A stretch of DNA of 64,000 nucleotides, taken from NCBI GenBank assembly GCA_963845565.1, contig CAWJSJ010000004.1, forward strand, positions 200,531 through 264,530, in the 5' to 3' direction. The position numbers and the translations under genes are program-made. Below, piece after piece: positions 63,001 to 64,000 of the stretch (the stretch's first letter is position 1; the number at the start of each line of letters is the position of its first letter). This DNA comes from an uncultured Methylomirabilota bacterium. Its GTDB lineage: Bacteria > Methylomirabilota > Methylomirabilia > Methylomirabilales > 2-02-FULL-66-22. Under the pieces are notes generated by a model that saw nothing but the letters and a program-made list of their open reading frames with translations, was not told the origin of the DNA and searched no databases.

Positions 63001-64000
63001 CTCTCACGGCAACTCCTACGCCCGGCGCCCACTTCCTGGGCTGGAGCGGGGAGGGGTGCTCCGGCACCGGGGCCTGTGTGGTGACGATGACCCAGGCCCG
63101 GACCGTGACCGCCCCGTTCCTCTGGAATCCCGACGCCGTCGGGGCCTTCCGCCCGAGTGACGGCACCTTCTACCTCGACTACAACGGTAACGGCGTCTGG
63201 GACGGCTGCGCCACCGACCGCTGTCTTCAGATCGGGATGACCGGGGACGTCCCCCTGGTCGGCGACTGGGATGGGACCGGTACCAACAAGGTCGGTGCTT
63301 TCCGCCCGAGCGACGGCACCTTCTACCTCGACTACAACGGGAACGGCGTCTGGGACGGCTGTGGCACCGATCGCTGTCTCCAGATCGGTATGCTCAACGA
63401 CGTTCCCCTCGTGGGCGACTGGAACGGCAATGGGACCGGCAAAGTGGGCGCCTTCCGCCCCAGCGACGGCACCTTCTACCTCGACTACAACGGCAGCGGC
63501 ACCTGGGACGGCTGTGGCACCGACCGTTGTCTCCAGATCGGCATGAATGGGGACGTGCCGCTCGTGGGTGACTGGAACGGCAGCGGCACCTCGAAGGTCG
63601 GCGCCTTCCGCCCGAGTGACGGCACCTTCTACCTGGACTACAACGGGAACGGCACCTGGGACGGCTGTGGCGCCGACCGCTGCCTGGCCATCGGCCTCGC
63701 GGGCGACCTCCCCTTCGTGGGCGACTGGGATGGCAGCGGCTTCGGCCAGGCTGCGCGGCCTCTTCCGCCCGAGTGACGGCACCTTCTACCTGGACTACAA
63801 CGGGAACGGGCAGTGGGACGGCTGCGGCGCGGATCGCTGCCTCAGCATCGGTCTCGCCGGCGATACCCCGCTGATCGGCGACTCGGGACGGAAGCGGGTT
63901 CGCCAAGGTCGGCGTCTTCCGCCCCTCGGATGGCACCTTCTACCTCGACTACAACGGGAGCGGCACCTGGGACAGCCGGGGACCGACCGCTGCCTCAGCA
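60017..64000 (+). CDS. Giant secreted Gly-rich repeat surface protein (three ~290-aa repeats, two InlB-B-like domains, C-terminal 51-aa repeats); frameshifted and running off the window
   Basis: RBS GGAGG and signal peptide; ORF 60017-62749 continues in the frame of 62373-63776 from ~62409; further frame breaks at ~63750 and ~63884. Confidence 0.8.

Noticed and set aside
57990..64000. Diversity-generating retroelement TR/VR pair
   Set aside because: No reverse transcriptase in the window; both repeat sets are coding and differences are not adenine-specific

Overview
GC-rich bacterial chromosome segment from a diderm (TolC, Tat and lipoprotein signals present); the taxon cannot be fixed from sequence alone. 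Left to right it holds: a YpfJ-like Zn peptidase; an MlrC/M81 peptidase with a ribose-type sugar ABC operon; HU, glgB and an amidase; a GntR-led operon (2-hydroxyacid dehydrogenase, Liv-type ABC, DRE-TIM synthase); rfbC; an apparent UPF0016-MntP fusion; TolC, TetR and small enzymes; a metal-homeostasis block (two DtxR/MntR regulators, split FeoB, P1B ATPase, MntH, USP); a Tat-signal TlpA-like probable selenoprotein (UxxC plus SECIS-like hairpin); a complete mrpA-G operon; a LysW-carrier cluster (lysWXY-hicAB-lysZJK); a RodZ-like gene; a sigma54 two-component pair; a GH44 glycanase; and a giant Gly-rich surface protein sharing the GH44's 51-aa C-terminal repeat module. Intergenic DNA is rich in small palindromic elements. 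A ~105-bp bipartite element occurs as three full copies plus fragments and brackets single genes in inverted orientation. Degenerate c-di-GMP-I-like riboswitch motifs and a sigma54 promoter precede the surface protein. Several 1-bp frameshifts (lysK, hicA, last gene) look like assembly errors. No CRISPR array, rRNA, tRNA or transposase was found.
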